DNA of 64,000 bases, taken from NCBI GenBank assembly GCA_046563655.1, contig CM102287.1, positions 1,302,001-1,366,000 on the forward strand. The letters run 5' to 3'. The notes below the pieces were generated by a model. The model made no database searches. It saw only the letters and a list, made by a program, of their open reading frames with translations, and had not been told where the DNA came from. The DNA comes from Yuukianura sp. NJ FZ-2021. Its lineage: Eukaryota. Shown piece after piece: positions 17,801-32,800 of this stretch (position 1 is its first letter; each line of letters begins with the position of its first letter). Made by a program: the position numbers and the translations under genes.

Positions 17801-20800
17801 TAGAATAACTTGTTGTCTATAAAGGCTTATAATCTGGACACAATGCTAATTACCTCTGTACATGCTCATCTTTTAAAGCAGCAGTTTGGTAAATTTCAAA
17901 ACTTTGTTTCTGAGAAACCGCTCACATGTAGACAAACAATGGGTTTCTTGGAAATCAACAGGTTTGCCCGGTTACAAATTAGAGCAGTAGTAGAATAACT
18001 TGTTGTCTATAAAGGCTTATAATCTGGACACAATGCTAATTACCTCTGTACAAGCTCATTTTTTAAAGCAGCAGTTTGGCAAATTTCAAAACTTCGTTTC
18101 TGAGAAACCGCTCACATGTAGCAAACAATGGTTTTTTTGGAAATCAACAGGTTTGCCCGGTTACAAATTAGAGCATTAGTAGAATAACTTGTTGTCTATA
18201 AAGGCTTATAATCTGGACACAATGCTAATTACCTCTGTACAAGCTCATTTTTTAAAGCAGCAGTTTGGCAAATTTCAAAACTTCGTTTCTGAGAAACCGC
18301 TCACATGTATGCAAACAATGGGGTTTTTGGAAATCAACAGGTTTGCCCGGTTACAAATTAGAGCATTAGTAGAATAACTTGTTGTCTATAAAGGCTTATA
18401 ATCTGGACACAATGCTAATTACCTCTGTACATGCTCATCTTTTAAAGCAGCAGTTTGATAAATTTCAAAACTTTGTTTCTGAGAAACCGCTCACATGTAG
18501 ACAAACAATAGGGTTTTTGGAAATCATCAGGTTTGCCCGGTTACAAATTAGAGCATTAGTAGAATAACTTGTTGTCTATAAAGGCTTATAATCTGGACAC
18601 AATGCTAATTACCTCTGTACATGCTCATCTTTTAAAGCAGCAGTTTGGTAAATTTCAAAACTTTGTTTCTGAGAAACCGCTCACATGTAGACAAACAATG
18701 GGTTTCTTGGAAATCAACAGGTTTGCCCGGTTACAAATTAGAGCATTAGTAGAATAACTTGTTGTCTATAAAGGCTTATAATCTGGACACAATGCTAATT
18801 ACCTCTGTACAAGCTCATTTTTTAAAGCAGCAGTTTGGCAAATTTCAAAACTTCGTTTCTGAGAAACCGCTCACATGTAGCAAACAATGGGGTTTTTTTG
18901 GAAATCAACAGGTTTGCTCGGTTACAAATTAGAGCATTAGTAGAATAACTTGTTGTCTATAAAGGCTTATAATCTGGACACAATGCTAATTACCTCTGTA
19001 CAAGCTCATTTTTTAAAGCAGCAGTTTGGCAAATTTCAAAACTTCGTTTCTGAGAAACCGCTCACATGTAGCAAACAATGGTTTTTTTGGAAATCAACAG
19101 GTTTGCCCGGTTACAAATTAGAGCATTAGTAGAATAACTTGTTGTCTATAAAGGCTTATAATCTGGACACAATGCTAATTACCTCTGTACAAGCTCATTT
19201 TTTAAAGCAGCAGTTTGGCAAATTTCAAAACTTCGTTTCTGAGAAACCGCTCACATGTATGCAAACAATGGGGTTTTTTGGAAATCAACAGGGTTGCCCG
19301 GTTACAAATTAGAGCAGTAGTAGAATAACTTGTTGTCTATAAAGGCTTATAATCTGGACACAATGCTAATTACCTCTGTACAAGCTCATTTTTTAAAGCA
19401 GCAGTTTGGTAAATTTCAAAACTTCGTTTCTGAGAAACCGCTCACATGTAGCAAACAATGGTTTTTTTTTGGAAATCAACAGGTTTGCCCGGTTACAAAT
19501 TAGAGCATTAGTAGAATAACTTGTTGTCTATAAAGGCTTATAATCTGGACACAATGCTAATTACCTCTGTACACGCTCATTTTTTAAAGCAGCAGTTTGG
19601 TAAATTTCAAAACTTCGTTTCTGAGAAACCGCTCACATGTAGACAAACAATAGGGTTTTTTGGAAATCAACAGGTTTGCCCGGTTACAAATTAGAGCATT
19701 AGTAGAATAACTTGTTGTCTATAAAGGCTTATAATCTGGACACAATGCTAATTACCTCTGTACAAGCTCATTTTTTAAAGCAGCAGTTTGGTAAATTTCA
19801 AAACTTCGTTTCTGAGAAACCGCTCACATGTAGCAAACAATGGGGTTTTTTGGGAAATCAACAGGTTTGCCCGGTTACAAATTAGAGCATTAGTAGAATA
19901 ACTTGTTGTCTATAAAGGCTTATAATCTGGACACAATGCTAATTACCTCTGTACAAGCTCATTTTTTAAAGCAGCAGTTTGGCAAATTTCAAAACTTCGT
20001 TTCTGAGAAACCGCTCACATGTAGCAAACAATGTTTTTTTTGGAAATCAACAGGTTTGCCCGGTTACAAATTAGAGCATTAGTAGAATAACTTGTTGTCT
20101 ATAAAGGCTTATAATCTGGACACAATGCTAATTACCTCTGTACAAGCTCATTTTTTAAAGCAGCAGTTTGGTAAATTTCAAAACTTCGTTTCTGAGAAAC
20201 CGCTCACATGTATGCAAACAATGGGGTTTTTTGGAAATCAACAGGTTTGCCCGGTTACAAATTAGAGCATTAGTAGAATAACTTGTTGTCTATAAAGGCT
20301 TATAATCTGGACACAATGCTAATTACCTCTGTACACGCTCATTTTTTAAAGCAGCAGTTTGGTAAATTTCAAAACTTCGTTTCTGAGAAACCGCTCACAT
20401 GTAGCAAACAATGGGGTTTTTGGAAATCAACAGGTTTGCCCGGTTACAAATTAGAGCATTAGTAGAATAACTTGTTGTCTATAAAGGCTTATAATCTGGA
20501 CACAATGCTAATTACCTCTGTACAAGCTCATTTTTTAAAGCAGCAGTTTGGCAAATTTCAAAACTTCGTTTCTGAGAAACCGCTCACATGTAGCAAACAA
20601 TGGTTTTTTGGAAATCAACAGGTTTGCCCGGTTACAAATTAGAGCATTAGTAGAATAACTTGTTGTCTATAAAGGCTTATAATCTGGACACAATGCTAAT
20701 TACCTCTGTACAAGCTCATTTTTTAAAGCAGCAGTTTGGCAAATTTCAAAACTTCGTTTCTGAGAAACCGCTCACATGTATGCAAACAATGGTTTTTTTG

Positions 20801-23800
20801 GAAATCAACAGGTTTGCTCGGTTACAAATTAGAGCATTAGTAGAATAACTTGTTGTCTATAAAGGCTTATAATCTGGACACAATGCTAATTACCTCTGTA
20901 CAAGCTCATTTTTTAAAGCAGCAGTTTGGTAAATTTCAAAACTTCGTTTCTGAGAAACCGCTCACATGTATGCAAACAATGGGGTTTTTTGGAAATCAAC
21001 AGGTTTGCCCGGTTACAAATTAGAGCATTAGTAGAATAACTTGTTGTCTATAAAGGCTTATAATCTGGACACAATGCTAATTACCTCTGTACAAGCTCAT
21101 TTTTTAAAGCAGCAGTTTGGTAATTTCAAAACTTTGTTTCTGAGAAACCGCTCACGTGTTGACAAACAATAGGTTTTTTTTGGAAATCAACAGGTTTGCC
21201 CGGTTACAAATTAGAGCATTAGTAGAATAACTTGTTGTCTATAAAGGCTTATAATCTGGACACAATGCTAATTACCTCTGTACACGCTCATTTTTTAAAG
21301 CAGCAGTTTGGTAAATTTCAAAACTTCGTTTCTGAGAAACCGCTCACATGTAGCAAACAATGGGGTTTTTTGGAAATCAACAGGTTTGCCCGGTTACAAA
21401 TTAGAGCATTAGTAGAATAACTTGTTGTCTATAAAGGCTTATAATCTGGACACAATGCTAATTACCTCTGTACAAGCTCATTTTTTAAAGCAGCAGTTTG
21501 GCAAATTTCAAAACTTCGTTTCTGAGAAACCGCTCACATGTAGCAAACAATGGTTTTTTTTGGGAAATCAACAGGTTTGCCCGGTTACAAATTAGAGCAT
21601 TAGTAGAATAACTTGTTGTCTATAAAGGCTTATAATCTGGACACAATGCTAATTACCTCTGTACAAGCTCATTTTTTAAAGCAGCAGTTTGGCAAATTTC
21701 AAAACTTCGTTTCTGAGAAACCGCTCACATGTAGCAAACAATGGTTTTTTTTGGAAATCAACAGGTTTGCCCGGTTACAAATTAGAGCATTAGTAGAATA
21801 ACTTGTTGTCTATAAAGGCTTATAATCTGGACACAATGCTAATTACCTCTGTACAAGCTCATTTTTTAAAGCAGCAGTTTGGTAAATTTCAAAACTTCGT
21901 TTCTGAGAAACCGCTCACATGTATGCAAACAATGGGGTTTTTTGGAAATCAACAGGTTTGCCCGGTTACAAATTAGAGCATTAGTAGAATAACTTGTTGT
22001 CTATAAAGGCTTATAATCTGGACACAATGCTAATTACCTCTGTACAAGCTCATTTTTTAAAGCAGCAGTTTGGCAAATTTCAAAACTTCGTTTCTGAGAA
22101 ACCGCTCACATGTATGCAAACAATGGGGTTTTTTGGAAATCAACAGGTTTGCCCGGTTACAAATTAGAGCATTAGTAGAATAACTTGTTGTCTATAAAGG
22201 CTTATAATCTGGACACAATGCTAATTACCTCTGTACAAGCTCATTTTTTAAAGCAGCAGTTTGGTAAATTTCAAAACTTCGTTTCTGAGAAACCGCTCAC
22301 ATGTATGCAAACAATAGGTTTTTTTGGAAATCAACAGGTTTGCCCGGTTACAAATTAGAGCATTAGTAGAATAACTTGTTGTCTATAAAGGCTTATAATC
22401 TGGACACAATGCTAATTACCTCTGTACAAGCTCATTTTTTAAAGCAGCAGTTTGGTAAATTTCAAAACTTCGTTTCTGAGAAACCGCTCACATGTGACAA
22501 ACAATAGGGTTTTTTGGAAATCAACAGGTTTGCCCGGTTACAAATTAGAGCATTAGTAGAATAACTTGTTGTCTATAAAGGCTTATAATCTGGACACAAT
22601 GCTAATTACCTCTGTACAAGCTCATTTTTTAAAGCAGCAGTTTGGCAAATTTCAAAACTTCGTTTCTGAGAAACCGCTCACATGTAGACAAACAATAGGG
22701 TTTTTTTGGAAATCAACAGGTTTGCCCGGTTACAAATTAGAGCATTAGTAGAATAACTTGTTGTCTATAAAGGCTTATAATCTGGACACAATGCTAATTA
22801 CCTCTGTACAAGCTCATTTTTTAAAGCAGCAGTTTGGCAAATTTCAAAACTTCGTTTCTGAGAAACCGCTCACATGTAGCAAACAATGGGTTTTTGGAAA
22901 TCAACAGGTTTGCCCGGTTACAAATTAGAGCATTAGTAGAATAACTTGTTGTCTATAAAGGCTTATAATCTGGACACAATGCTAATTACCTCTGTACAAG
23001 CTCATTTTTTAAAGCAGCAGTTTGGTAAATTTCAAAACTTCGTTTCTGAGAAACCGCTCACATGTATGCAAACAATGGGGTTTTTGGAAATCAACAGGTT
23101 TGCCCGGTTACAAATTAGAGCATTAGTAGAATAACTTGTTGTCTATAAAGGCTTATAATCTGGACACAATGCTAATTACCTCTGTACAAGCTCATTTTTT
23201 AAAGCAGCAGTTTGGTAAATTTCAAAACTTCGTTTCTGAGAAACCGCTCACATGTATGCAAACAATGGGGTTTTTTGGAAATCAACAGGTTTGCCCGGTT
23301 ACAAATTAGAGCATTAGTAGAATAACTTGTTGTCTATAAAGGCTTATAATCTGGACACAATGCTAATTACCTCTGTACAAGCTCATTTTTTAAAGCAGCA
23401 GTTTGGTAAATTTCAAAACTTCGTTTCTGAGAAACCGCTCACATGTAGCAAACAATGGGTTTTTGGAAATCAACAGGTTTGCCCGGTTACAAATTAGAGC
23501 ATTAGTAGAATAACTTGTTGTCTATAAAGGCTTATAATCTGGACACAATGCTAATTACCTCTGTACAAGCTCATTTTTTAAAGCAGCAGTTTGGTAAATT
23601 TCAAAACTTCGTTTCTGAGAAACCGCTCACATGTAGCAAACAATGGTTTTTTTGGGAATCAACAGGTTTGCCCGGTTACAAATTAGAGCATTAGTAGAAT
23701 AACTTGTTGTCTATAAAGGCTTATAATCTGGACACAATGCTAATTACCTCTGTACAAGCTCATTTTTTAAAGCAGCAGTTTGGAAAATTTCAAAACTTCG

Positions 23801-26800
23801 TTTTTGAGAAACCGCTCACATGTTGACAAACAATTGGGTTTTTTGGAAATCAGCAGGTTTGCCCGGTTACAAATTAGAGCATTAGTAGAATAACTTGTTG
23901 TCTATAAAGGCTTATAATCTGGACACAATGCTAATTACCTCTGTACAAGCTCATTTTTTAAAGCAGCAGTTTGGCAAATTTCAAAACTTCGTTTCTGAGA
24001 AACCGCTCACATGTAGCAAACAATAGGGTTTTTTTGGAAATCAACAGGTTTGCCCGGTTACAAATTAGAGCATTAGTAGAATAACTTGTTGTCTATAAAG
24101 GCTTATAATCTGGACACAATGCTAATTACCTCTGTACAAGCTCATTTTTTAAAGCAGCAGTTTGGCAAATTTCAAAACTTCGTTTCTGAGAAACCGCTCA
24201 CATGTAGCAAACAATGGTTTTTTTTGGGAAATCAACAGGTTTGCCCGGTTACAAATTAGAGCATTAGTAGAACAACTTGTTGTCTATAAAGGCTTATAAT
24301 CTGGACACAATGCTAATTACCTCTGTACAAGCTCATTTTTCAAAGCAGCAGTTTGGTAAATTTCAAAACTTCGTTTCTGAGAAACCGCTCACATGTATGC
24401 AAACAATGGGGTTTTTTGGAAATCAACAGGTTTGCCCGGTTACAAATTAGAGCATTAGTAGAATAACTTGTTGTCTATAAAGGCTTATAATCTGGACACA
24501 ATGCTAATTACCTCTGTACAAGCTCATTTTTTAAAGCAGCAGTTTGGTAAATTTCAAAACTTCGTTTCTGAGAAACCGCTCACATGTAGCAAACAATGGG
24601 GTTTTTTGGAAATCAACAGGTTTGCCCGGTTACAAATTAGAGCATTAGTAGAATAACTTGTTGTCTATAAAGGCTTATAATCTGGACACAATGCTAATTA
24701 CCTCTGTACAAGCTCATTTTTTAAAGCAGCAGTTTGGTAAATTTCAAAACTTCGTTTCTGAGAAACCGCTCACATGTAGCAAACAATGGTTTTTTTGGAA
24801 ATCAACAGGTTTGCCCGGTTACAAATTAGAGCATTAGTAGAATAACTTGTTGTCTATAAAGGCTTATAATCTGGACACAATGCTAATTACCTCTGTACAA
24901 GCTCATTTTTTAAAGCAGCAGTTTGGCAAATTTCAAAACTTCGTTTCTGAGAAACCGCTCACATGTAGCAAACAATGGTTTTTGGAAATCAACAGGTTTG
25001 CCCGGTTACAAATTAGAGCATTAGTAGAATAACTTGTTGTCTATAAAGGCTTATAATCTGGACACAATGCTAATTACCTCTGTACACGCTCATTTTTTAA
25101 AGCAGCAGTTTGGTAAATTTCAAAACTTCGTTTCTGAGAAACCGCTCACATGTATGCAAACAATGGGGTTTTTGGAAATCAACAGGTTTGCCCGGTTACA
25201 AATTAGAGCATTAGTAGAATAACTTGTTGTCTATAAAGGCTTATAATCTGGACACAATGCTAATTACCTCTGTACAAGCTCATTTTTTAAAGCAGCAGTT
25301 TGGCAAATTTCAAAACTTCGTTTCTGAGAAACCGCTCACATGTAGCAAACAATGGTTTTTGGAAATCAACAGGTTTGCCCGGTTACAAATTAGAGCATTA
25401 GTAGAATAACTTGTTGTCTATAAAGGCTTATAATCTGGACACAATGCTAATTACCTCTGTACAAGCTCATTTTTTAAAGCAGCAGTTTGGCAAATTTCAA
25501 AACTTCGTTTCTGAGAAACCGCTCACATGTAGCAAACAATGGTTTTTTTTGGAAATCAACAGGTTTGCCCGGTTACAAATTAGAGCATTAGTAGAATAAC
25601 TTGTTGTCTATAAAGGCTTATAATCTGGACACAATGCTAATTACCTCTGTACAAGCTCATTTTTTAAAGCAGCAGTTTGGTAATTTTCAAAACTTCGTTT
25701 CTGAGAAACCGCTCACATGTTGACAAACAATGGGGTTTTTTGGAAATCAACAGGTTTGCCCGGTTACAAATTAGAGCATTAGTAGAATAACTTGTTGTCT
25801 ATAAAGGCTTATAATCTGGACACAATGCTAATTACCTCTGTACAAGCTCATTTTTTAAAGCAGCAGTTTGGTAAATTTCAAAACTTCGTTTCTGAGAAAC
25901 CGCTCACATGTAGCAAACAATGGGTTTTTTGGAAATCAACAGGTTTGCCCGGTTACAAATTAGAGCATTAGTAGAATAACTTGTTGTCTATAAAGGCTTA
26001 TAATCTGGACACAATGCTAATTACCTCTGTACAAGCTCATTTTTTAAAGCAGCAGTTTGGCAAATTTCAAAACTTCGTTTCTGAGAAACCGCTCACATGT
26101 TGACAAACAATGGGTTTTTTTGGAAATCAACAGGTTTGCCCGGTTACAAATTAGAGCATTAGTAGAATAACTTGTTGTCTATAAAGGCTTATAATCTGGA
26201 CACAATGCTAATTACCTCTGTACAAGCTCATTTTTTAAAGCAGCAGTTTGGCAAATTTCAAAACTTCGTTTCTGAGAAACCGCTCACATGTAGCAAACAA
26301 TGGTTTTTTTGGAAATCAACAGGTTTGCCCGGTTACAAATTAGAGCATTAGTAGAATAACTTGTTGTCTATAAAGGCTTATAATCTGGACACAATGCTAA
26401 TTACCTCTGTACAAGCTCATTTTTTAAAGCAGCAGTTTGGCAAATTTCAAAACTTCGTTTCTGAGAAACCGCTCACATGTAGCAAACAATGGTTTTTTTG
26501 GAAATCAACAGGTTTGCCCGGTTACAAATTAGAGCATTAGTAGAATAACTTGTTGTCTATAAAGGCTTATAATCTGGACACAATGCTAATTACCTCTGTA
26601 CAAGCTCATTTTTTAAAGCAGCAGTTTGGTAAATTTCAAAACTTCGTTTCTGAGAAACCGCTCACATGTATGCAAACAATGGTTTTTTTGGAAATCAACA
26701 GGTTTGCCCGGTTACAAATTAGAGCATTGGTAGAATAACTTGTTGTCTATAAAGGCTTATAATCTGGACACAATGCTAATTACCTCTGTACAAGCTCATT

Positions 26801-29800
26801 TTTTAAAGCAGCAGTTTGGTAAATTTCAAAACTTCGTTTCTGAGAAACCGCTCACATGTATGCAAACAATGGGGTTTTTTGGAAATCAACAGGTTTGCCC
26901 GGTTACAAATTAGAGCATTAGTAGAATAACTTGTTGTCTATAAAGGCTTATAATCTGGACACAATGCTAATTACCTCTGTACAAGCTCATTTTTTAAAGC
27001 AGCAGTTTGGCAAATTTCAAAACTTCGTTTCTGAGAAACCGCTCACATGTAGCAAACAATGGTTTTTTGGAAATCAACAGGTTTGCCCGGTTACAAATTA
27101 GAGCATTAGTAGAATAACTTGTTGTCTATAAAGGCTTATAATCTGGACACAATGCTAATTACCTCTGTACAAGCTCATTTTTTAAAGCAGCAGTTTGGCA
27201 AATTTCAAAACTTCGTTTCTGAGAAACCGCTCACATGTAGCAAACAATGGGGTTTTTTGGAAATCAACAGGTTTGCCCGGTTACAAATTAGAGCATTAGT
27301 AGAATAACTTGTTGTCTATAAAGGCTTATAATCTGGACACAATGCTAATTACCTCTGTACAAGCTCATTTTTTAAAGCAGCAGTTTGGTAAATTTCAAAA
27401 CTTCGTTTCTGAGAAACCGCTCACATGTAGCAAACAATTTGGTTTTTTGGAAATCAACAGGTTTGCCCGGTTACAAATTAGAGCATTAGTAGAATAACTT
27501 GTTGTCTATAAAGGCTTATAATCTGGACACAATGCTAATTACCTCTGTACAAGCTCATTTTTTAAAGCAGCAGTTTGGTAAATTTCAAAACTTCGTTTCT
27601 GAGAAACCGCTCACGTGTTGACAAACAATAGGTTTTTTTTTGGAAATCAACAGGTTTGCCCGGTTACAAATTAGAGCATTAGTAGAATAACTTGTTGTCT
27701 ATAAAGGCTTATAATCTGGACACAATGCTAATTACCTCTGTACAAGCTCATTTTTTAAAGCAGCAGTTTGTCAAATTTCAAAACTTCGTTTCTGAGAAAC
27801 CGCTCACATGTAGCAAACAATGGTTTTTTTTTTTTGGAAATCAACAGGTTTGCCCGGTTACAAATTAGAGCATTAGTAGAATAACTTGTTGTCTATAAAG
27901 GCTTATAATCTGGACACAATGCTAATTACCTCTGTACAAGCTCATTTTTTAAAGCAGCAGTTTGGCAAATTTCAAAACTTCGTTTCTGAGAAACCGCTCA
28001 CATGTAGCAAACAATGGTTTTTGGAAATCAACAGGTTTGCCCGGTTACAAATTAGAGCATTAGTAGAATAACTTGTTGTCTATAAAGGCTTATAATCTGG
28101 ACACAATGCTAATTACCTCTGTACAAGCTCATTTTTTAAAGCAGCAGTTTGGTAAATTTCAAAACTTCGTTTCTGAGAAACCGCTCACATGTATGCAAAC
28201 AATGGGGTTTTTTGGAAATCAACAGGTTTGCCCGGTTACAAATTAGAGCATTAGTAGAATAACTTGTTGTCTATAAAGGCTTATAATCTGGACACAATGC
28301 TAATTACCTCTGTACAAGCTCATTTTTTAAAGCAGCAGTTTGGTAAATTTCAAAACTTCGTTTCTGAGAAACCGCTCACATGTATGCAAACAATGGGGTT
28401 TTTGGAAATCAACAGGTTTGCCCGGTTACAAATTAGAGCATTAGTAGAATAACTTGTTGTCTATAAAGGCTTATAATCTGGACACAATGCTAATTACCTC
28501 TGTACAAGCTCATTTTTTAAAGCAGCAGTTTGGCAAATTTCAAAACTTCGTTTCTGAGAAACCGCTCACATGTAGCAAACAATGGTTTTTTTTGGAAATC
28601 AACAGGTTTGCCCGGTTACAAATTAGAGCATTAGTAGAATAACTTGTTGTCTATAAAGGCTTATAATCTGGACACAATGCTAATTACCTCTGTACAAGCT
28701 CATTTTTTAAAGCAGCAGTTTGGTAAATTTCAAAACTTCGTTTCTGAGAAACCGCTCACATGTAGCAAACAATGGTTTTTTTTGAAATCAACAGGTTTGC
28801 CCGGTTACAAATTAGAGCATTAGTAGAATAACTTGTTGTCTATAAAGGCTTATAATCTGGACACAATGCTAATTACCTCTGTACAAGCTCATTTTTTAAA
28901 GCAGCAGTTTGGTAAATTTCAAAACTTCGTTTCTGAGAAACCGCTCACATGTATGCAAACAATGGGGTTTTTGGAAATCAACAGGTTTGCCCGGTTACAA
29001 ATTAGAGCATTAGTAGAATAACTTGTTGTCTATAAAGGCTTATAATCTGGACACAATGCTAATTACCTCTGTACAAGCTCATTTTTTAAAGCAGCAGTTT
29101 GTCAAATTTCAAAACTTCGTTTCTGAGAAACCGCTCACATGTAGCAAACAATGGTTTTTTTTTTTTTGGAAATCAACAGGTTTGCCCGGTTACAAATTAG
29201 AGCATTAGTAGAATAACTTGTTGTCTATAAAGGCTTATAATCTGGACACAATGCTAATTACCTCTGTACAAGCTCATTTTTTAAAGCAGCAGTTTGGCAA
29301 ATTTCAAAACTTCGTTTCTGAGAAACCGCTCACATGTATGCAAACAATGGGTTTTTTTTGGAAATCAACAGGTTTGCCCGGTTACAAATTAGAGCATTAG
29401 TAGAATAACTTGTTGTCTATAAAGGCTTATAATCTGGACACAATGCTAATTACCTCTGTACAAGCTCATTTTTTAAAGCAGCAGTTTGGTAAATTTCAAA
29501 ACTTCGTTTCTGAGAAACCGCTCACATGTAGCAAACAATGGGTTTTTTGGAAATCAACAGGTTTGCCCGGTTACAAATTAGAGCATTAGTAGAATAACTT
29601 GTTGTCTATAAAGGCTTATAATCTGGACACAATGCTAATTACCTCTGTACAAGCTCATTTTTTAAAGCAGCAGTTTGGTAAATTTCAAAACTTCGTTTCT
29701 GAGAAACCGCTCACATGTAGCAAACAATGGTTTTTGGAAATCATCAGGTTTGCCCGGTTACAAATTAGAGCATTAGTAGAATAACTTGTTGTCTATAAAG

Positions 29801-32800
29801 GCTTATAATCTGGACACAATGCTAATTACCTCTGTACAAGCTCATTTTTTAAAGCAGCAGTTTGGTAAATTTCAAAACTTCGTTTCTGAGAAACCGCTCA
29901 CATGTAGCAAACAATGGTTTTGGAAATCAACAGGTTTGCCCGGTTACAAATTAGAGCATTAGTAGAATAACTTGTTGTCTATAAAGGCTTATAATCTGGA
30001 CACAATGCTAATTACCTCTGTACAAGCTCATTTTTTAAAGCAGCAGTTTGGTAATTTTCAAAACTTCGTTTCTGAGAAACCGCTCACATGTAGCAAACAA
30101 TGGTTTTTGGAAATCAACAGGTTTGCCCGGTTACAAATTAGAGCATTAGTAGAATAACTTGTTGTCTATAAAGGCTTATAATCTGGACACAATGCTAATT
30201 ACCTCTGTACAAGCTCATTTTTTAAAGCAGCAGTTTGGTAAATTTCAAAACTTCGTTTCTGAGAAACCGCTCACATGTAGCAAACAATGGTTTTTGGAAA
30301 TCAACAGGTTTGCCCGGTTACAAATTAGAGCATTAGTAGAATAACTTGTTGTCTATAAAGGCTTATAATCTGGACACAATGCTAATTACCTCTGTACAAG
30401 CTCATTTTTTAAAGCAGCAGTTTGGTAAATTTCAAAACTTCGTTTCTGAGAAACCGCTCACATGTATGCAAACAATGGGGTTTTTTGGAAATCAACAGGT
30501 TTGCCCGGTTACAAATTAGAGCATTAGTAGAATAACTTGTTGTCTATAAAGGCTTATAATCTGGACACAATGCTAATTACCTCTGTACAAGCTCATTTTT
30601 TAAAGCAGCAGTTTGTCAAATTTCAAAACTTCGTTTCTGAGAAACCGCTCACATGTAGCAAACAATGGTTTTTGGAAATCAACAGGTTTGCCCGGTTACA
30701 AATTAGAGCATTAGTAGAATAACTTGTTGTCTATAAAGGCTTATAATCTGGACACAATGCTAATTACCTCTGTACAAGCTCATTTTTTAAAGCAGCAGTT
30801 TGGTAAATTTCAAAACTTCGTTTCTGAGAAACCGCTCACATGTAGCAAACAATGGGGTTTTTGGAAATCAACAGGTTTGCCCGGTTACAAATTAGAGCAT
30901 TAGTAGAATAACTTGTTGTCTATAAAGGCTTATAATCTGGACACAATGCTAATTACCTCTGTACAAGCTCATTTTTTAAAGCAGCAGTTTGGCAAATTTC
31001 AAAACTTCGTTTCTGAGAAACCGCTCACATGTAGCAAACAATGGTTTTTTTTGGAAATCAACAGGTTTGCCCGGTTACAAATTAGAGCATTAGTAGAATA
31101 ACTTGTTGTCTATAAAGGCTTATAATCTGGACACAATGCTAATTACCTCTGTACAAGCTCATTTTTTAAAGCAGCAGTTTGGCAAATTTCAAAACTTCGT
31201 TTCTGAGAAACCGCTCACATGTAGCAAACAATGGGGTTTTTTGGAAATCAACAGGTTTGCCCGGTTACAAATTAGAGCATTAGTAGAATAACTTGTTGTC
31301 TATAAAGGCTTATAATCTGGACACAATGCTAATTACCTCTGTACAAGCTCATTTTTTAAAGCAGCAGTTTGGTAAATTTCAAAACTTCGTTTCTGAGAAA
31401 CCGCTCACATGTAGCAAACAATGGGGTTTTTGGAAATCAACAGGTTTGCCCGGTTACAAATTAGAGCATTAGTAGAATAACTTGTTGTCTATAAAGGCTT
31501 ATAATCTGGACACAATGCTAATTACCTCTGTACAAGCTCATTTTTTAAAGCAGCAGTTTGGTAAATTTCAAAACTTCGTTTCTGAGAAACCGCTCACATG
31601 TAGCAAACAATGGTTTTTGGAAATCAACAGGTTTGCCCGGTTACAAATTAGAGCATTAGTAGAATAACTTGTTGTCTATAAAGGCTTATAATCTGGACAC
31701 AATGCTAATTACCTCTGTACAAGCTCATTTTTTAAAGCAGCAGTTTGGCAAATTTCAAAACTTCGTTTCTGAGAAACCGCTCACATGTAGCAAACAATGG
31801 GGTTTTTTGGAAATCAACAGGTTTGCCCGGTTACAAATTAGAGCATTAGTAGAATAACTTGTTGTCTATAAAGGCTTATAATCTGGACACAATGCTAATT
31901 ACCTCTGTACAAGCTCATTTTTTAAAGCAGCAGTTTGGCAAATTTCAAAACTTCGTTTCTGAGAAACCGCTCACATGTAGCAAACAATGGTTTTTGGAAA
32001 TCAACAGGTTTGCCCGGTTACAAATTAGAGCATTAGTAGAATAACTTGTTGTCTATAAAGGCTTATAATCTGGACACAATGCTAATTACCTCTGTACAAG
32101 CTCATTTTTTAAAGCAGCAGTTTGGTAATTTTCAAAACTTCGTTTCTGAGAAACCGCTCACATGTAGCAAACAATGGGGTTTTTTGGAAATCAACAGGTT
32201 TGCCCGGTTACAAATTAGAGCATTAGTAGAATAACTTGTTGTCTATAAAGGCTTATAATCTGGACACAATGCTAATTACCTCTGTACAAGCTCATTTTTT
32301 AAAGCAGCAGTTTGGTAAATTTCAAAACTTCGTTTCTGAGAAACCGCTCACATGTAGCAAACAATGGGGTTTTTTGGAAATCAACAGGTTTGCCCGGTTA
32401 CAAATTAGAGCATTAGTAGAATAACTTGTTGTCTATAAAGGCTTATAATCTGGACACAATGCTAATTACCTCTGTACAAGCTCATTTTTTAAAGCAGCAG
32501 TTTGGTAAATTTCAAAACTTCGTTTCTGAGAAACCGCTCACATGTATGCAAACAATGGGGTTTTTTGGAAATCAACAGGTTTGCCCGGTTACAAATTAGA
32601 GCATTAGTAGAATAACTTGTTGTCTATAAAGGCTTATAATCTGGACACAATGCTAATTACCTCTGTACAAGCTCATTTTTTAAAGCAGCAGTTTGGTAAA
32701 TTTCAAAACTTCGTTTCTGAGAAACCGCTCACATGTAGCAAACAATGGGGTTTTTGGAAATCAACAGGTTTGCCCGGTTACAAATTAGAGCATTAGTAGA

